From Gemmatimonadota bacterium (GTDB taxonomy: Bacteria; Gemmatimonadota; Gemmatimonadetes; Longimicrobiales; RSA9): a DNA stretch of 24,000 bases. The DNA lies in assembly GCA_019347975.1 (NCBI GenBank), contig JAHWKI010000007.1, positions 2,095 to 26,094 on the forward strand, given 5' to 3'. How positions within the stretch are numbered: position 1 is the stretch's first letter; each line of letters starts with the position of its first letter. Shown here one piece after another: positions 23,200 through 24,000 of this stretch. The translations under genes were made by a program, and so were the position numbers. The notes beneath the pieces are model-generated. The model was not told the origin of the DNA. It made no database searches and saw only the letters and a program-made list of their open reading frames with translations.

Positions 23200-24000
23200 T
23201 CAGAGCGGTCGAAGAGCGGCCCGTTCGCCGGGGTTCCGACGGAACCAGCGCTCGACCAGCAGCATCTCGGCGATGGCGTCGGGGCCGACCCGGCCCACCG
23301 GTGGGGGTGGGCCCGCGAGGACGCGCTCTGCCCTGCTCCGGACGCCGGCGCGCTCGTGCGCGTCGCGGGGAGCCGGCAGCTCGCTCTGGACGAGCCCGCG
23401 GCGCAGGAGGTAGAGGCGATCCTCTCCGTCGTGGCCCTTTACGTGGTACAGCGCCGTCAGCGCATCCAGCGAGCGCACCATCCTCACAAGCGCCTCTCTC
23501 AGCCCCGTCAGAAGCTCGATCCGCTCCTTCACCACGGCGGCGTATTCGTAGATCCAGCGCTCCGAGGCCTGGCGGAGACGCTCCCGCAGCCGCTCCCGCA
23601 GCTCGTCCGTCTCCCCGCGAAGAAAACGCCGGGCGACATCCAGGCGCCGGGCGTAGCCCCGCTCCGTGCACCCCGCGGCGCACGGGGCGATGCACCGCCG
23701 CAGCTCGGCCCGGGCGCACAGCGCGATGGGGGCCGATCCGAAGAGGTCTCCCTGGTCCGCCAGCCTCAGGGGCGTGCTGGCGGGACAGGTCCGGAGACCG
23801 AGCACGTCGACCAGCGCACGGACAGCCGCCCGGGCCCGCTCCGCGCCCAGAACGGGGCCGAAATACTCCGAGCCGTCCTCCACCGGCATCGTGGTGACGA
23901 GGATCCGCGGCGCCGGCTCCTTGGGGATCCGCAGGAAGCACACGGCTCGCTCCTTCTTGTGCTGCACGTTGAACGGCGGGCGCAGCCGCCGGATCAACCG
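23200..24000 (-). CDS. UvrC N-terminal-half homologue (GIY-YIG nuclease tail, Cys cluster, UVR domain); 5' end beyond the window
   Basis: The reading frame is open to base 24000 (…RLIRRLRPPFNVQHKKERAVCFLRI…EPAPRILVT…DGSEYFGPV). This matches the end of the UvrC-type GIY-YIG domain (LIkkykPryN…YFGPy). It is followed by LRTC…C…RCIAPCAAGC..RGY (UvrC-like Cys cluster) and ERWIYEYAAVVKERIELL (UVR-domain-like). The protein ends about 255 aa after the GIY-YIG tail, so it lacks the UvrC C-terminal endonuclease/HhH half. Confidence 0.75.
   Translation of the reverse strand, partial: RLIRRLRPPFNVQHKKERAVCFLRIPKEPAPRILVTTMPVEDGSEYFGPVLGAERARAAVRALVDVLGLRTCPASTPLRLADQGDLFGSAPIALCARAELRRCIAPCAAGCTERGYARRLDVARRFLRGETDELRERLRERLRQASERWIYEYAAVVKERIELLTGLREALVRMVRSLDALTALYHVKGHDGEDRLYLLRRGLVQSELPAPRDAHERAGVRSRAERVLAGPPPPVGRVGPDAIAEMLLVERWFRRNPGERAALRPL

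Noticed and set aside
23150-23941. ORFs 23150..23941 (-) and 23172..23897 (+)
   Set aside because: These are alternative frames over the UvrC-like gene. They are Arg/Pro/Gly/Ala-rich. The chosen frame carries the GIY-YIG tail, Cys cluster and UVR-like helix.
1-24000. Search for tRNA/rRNA genes, CRISPR repeats, IS elements or inverted terminal repeats, integrase or phage genes, and known defence-system genes
   Set aside because: Intergenic spaces are all under about 180 bp. No spaced direct repeats, transposase or recombinase motifs were seen. The window reads as core chromosome rather than an accessory island.

Overview
Very GC-rich bacterial chromosomal window, judged by eye and not computed. 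I saw no rRNA, tRNA, CRISPR array, transposase/integrase or other mobile-element signature. I call 26 protein-coding genes. Frames were chosen by recognisable family motifs, signal peptides or TM segments, and start/stop coupling. The many long Arg/Pro/Gly/Ala-rich shadow ORFs that a high-GC sequence produces in the other frames were discarded.

Layout:
(1) 1-4267 (+): GT2 glycosyltransferase, ROK glucokinase, PfkB sugar kinase, then a translationally coupled pair. The pair is a STAS-like/GHKL (RsbW/SpoIIAB-like) ATPase and a DUF4325-type STAS-like protein with a C-terminal wHTH.
(2) 4292-4999 (-): an unrecognised protein.
(3) 5175-10807 (+): four chained genes, namely a Cys/Met-metabolism PLP enzyme, an AI-2E permease, a penicillin-acylase-family Ntn hydrolase and a YpdA-like flavoprotein disulfide reductase.
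(4) pruA, NifU-like, Mrp/ApbC and a SAM hydroxide adenosyltransferase-family gene (+).
(5) 18449-14812 (-): a five-gene ECF sigma / anti-sigma / membrane protein / toastrack-like / small TM protein cluster.
(6) ubiE/menG, an EamA transporter, a Leu/Val/Phe-type dehydrogenase, a sugar-phosphate nucleotidyltransferase, a YfcE-like phosphoesterase, a hypothetical gene, and a 5'-truncated UvrC-N-terminal-like GIY-YIG/UVR protein.

Most of the window is ordinary housekeeping. The best candidate for an uncharacterised system is the sigma-less partner-switching-like pair at 2712-4267. The second is the ECF-controlled envelope cluster. All coordinates were counted by hand, all homology statements are motif recognition from memory, and nothing was searched.
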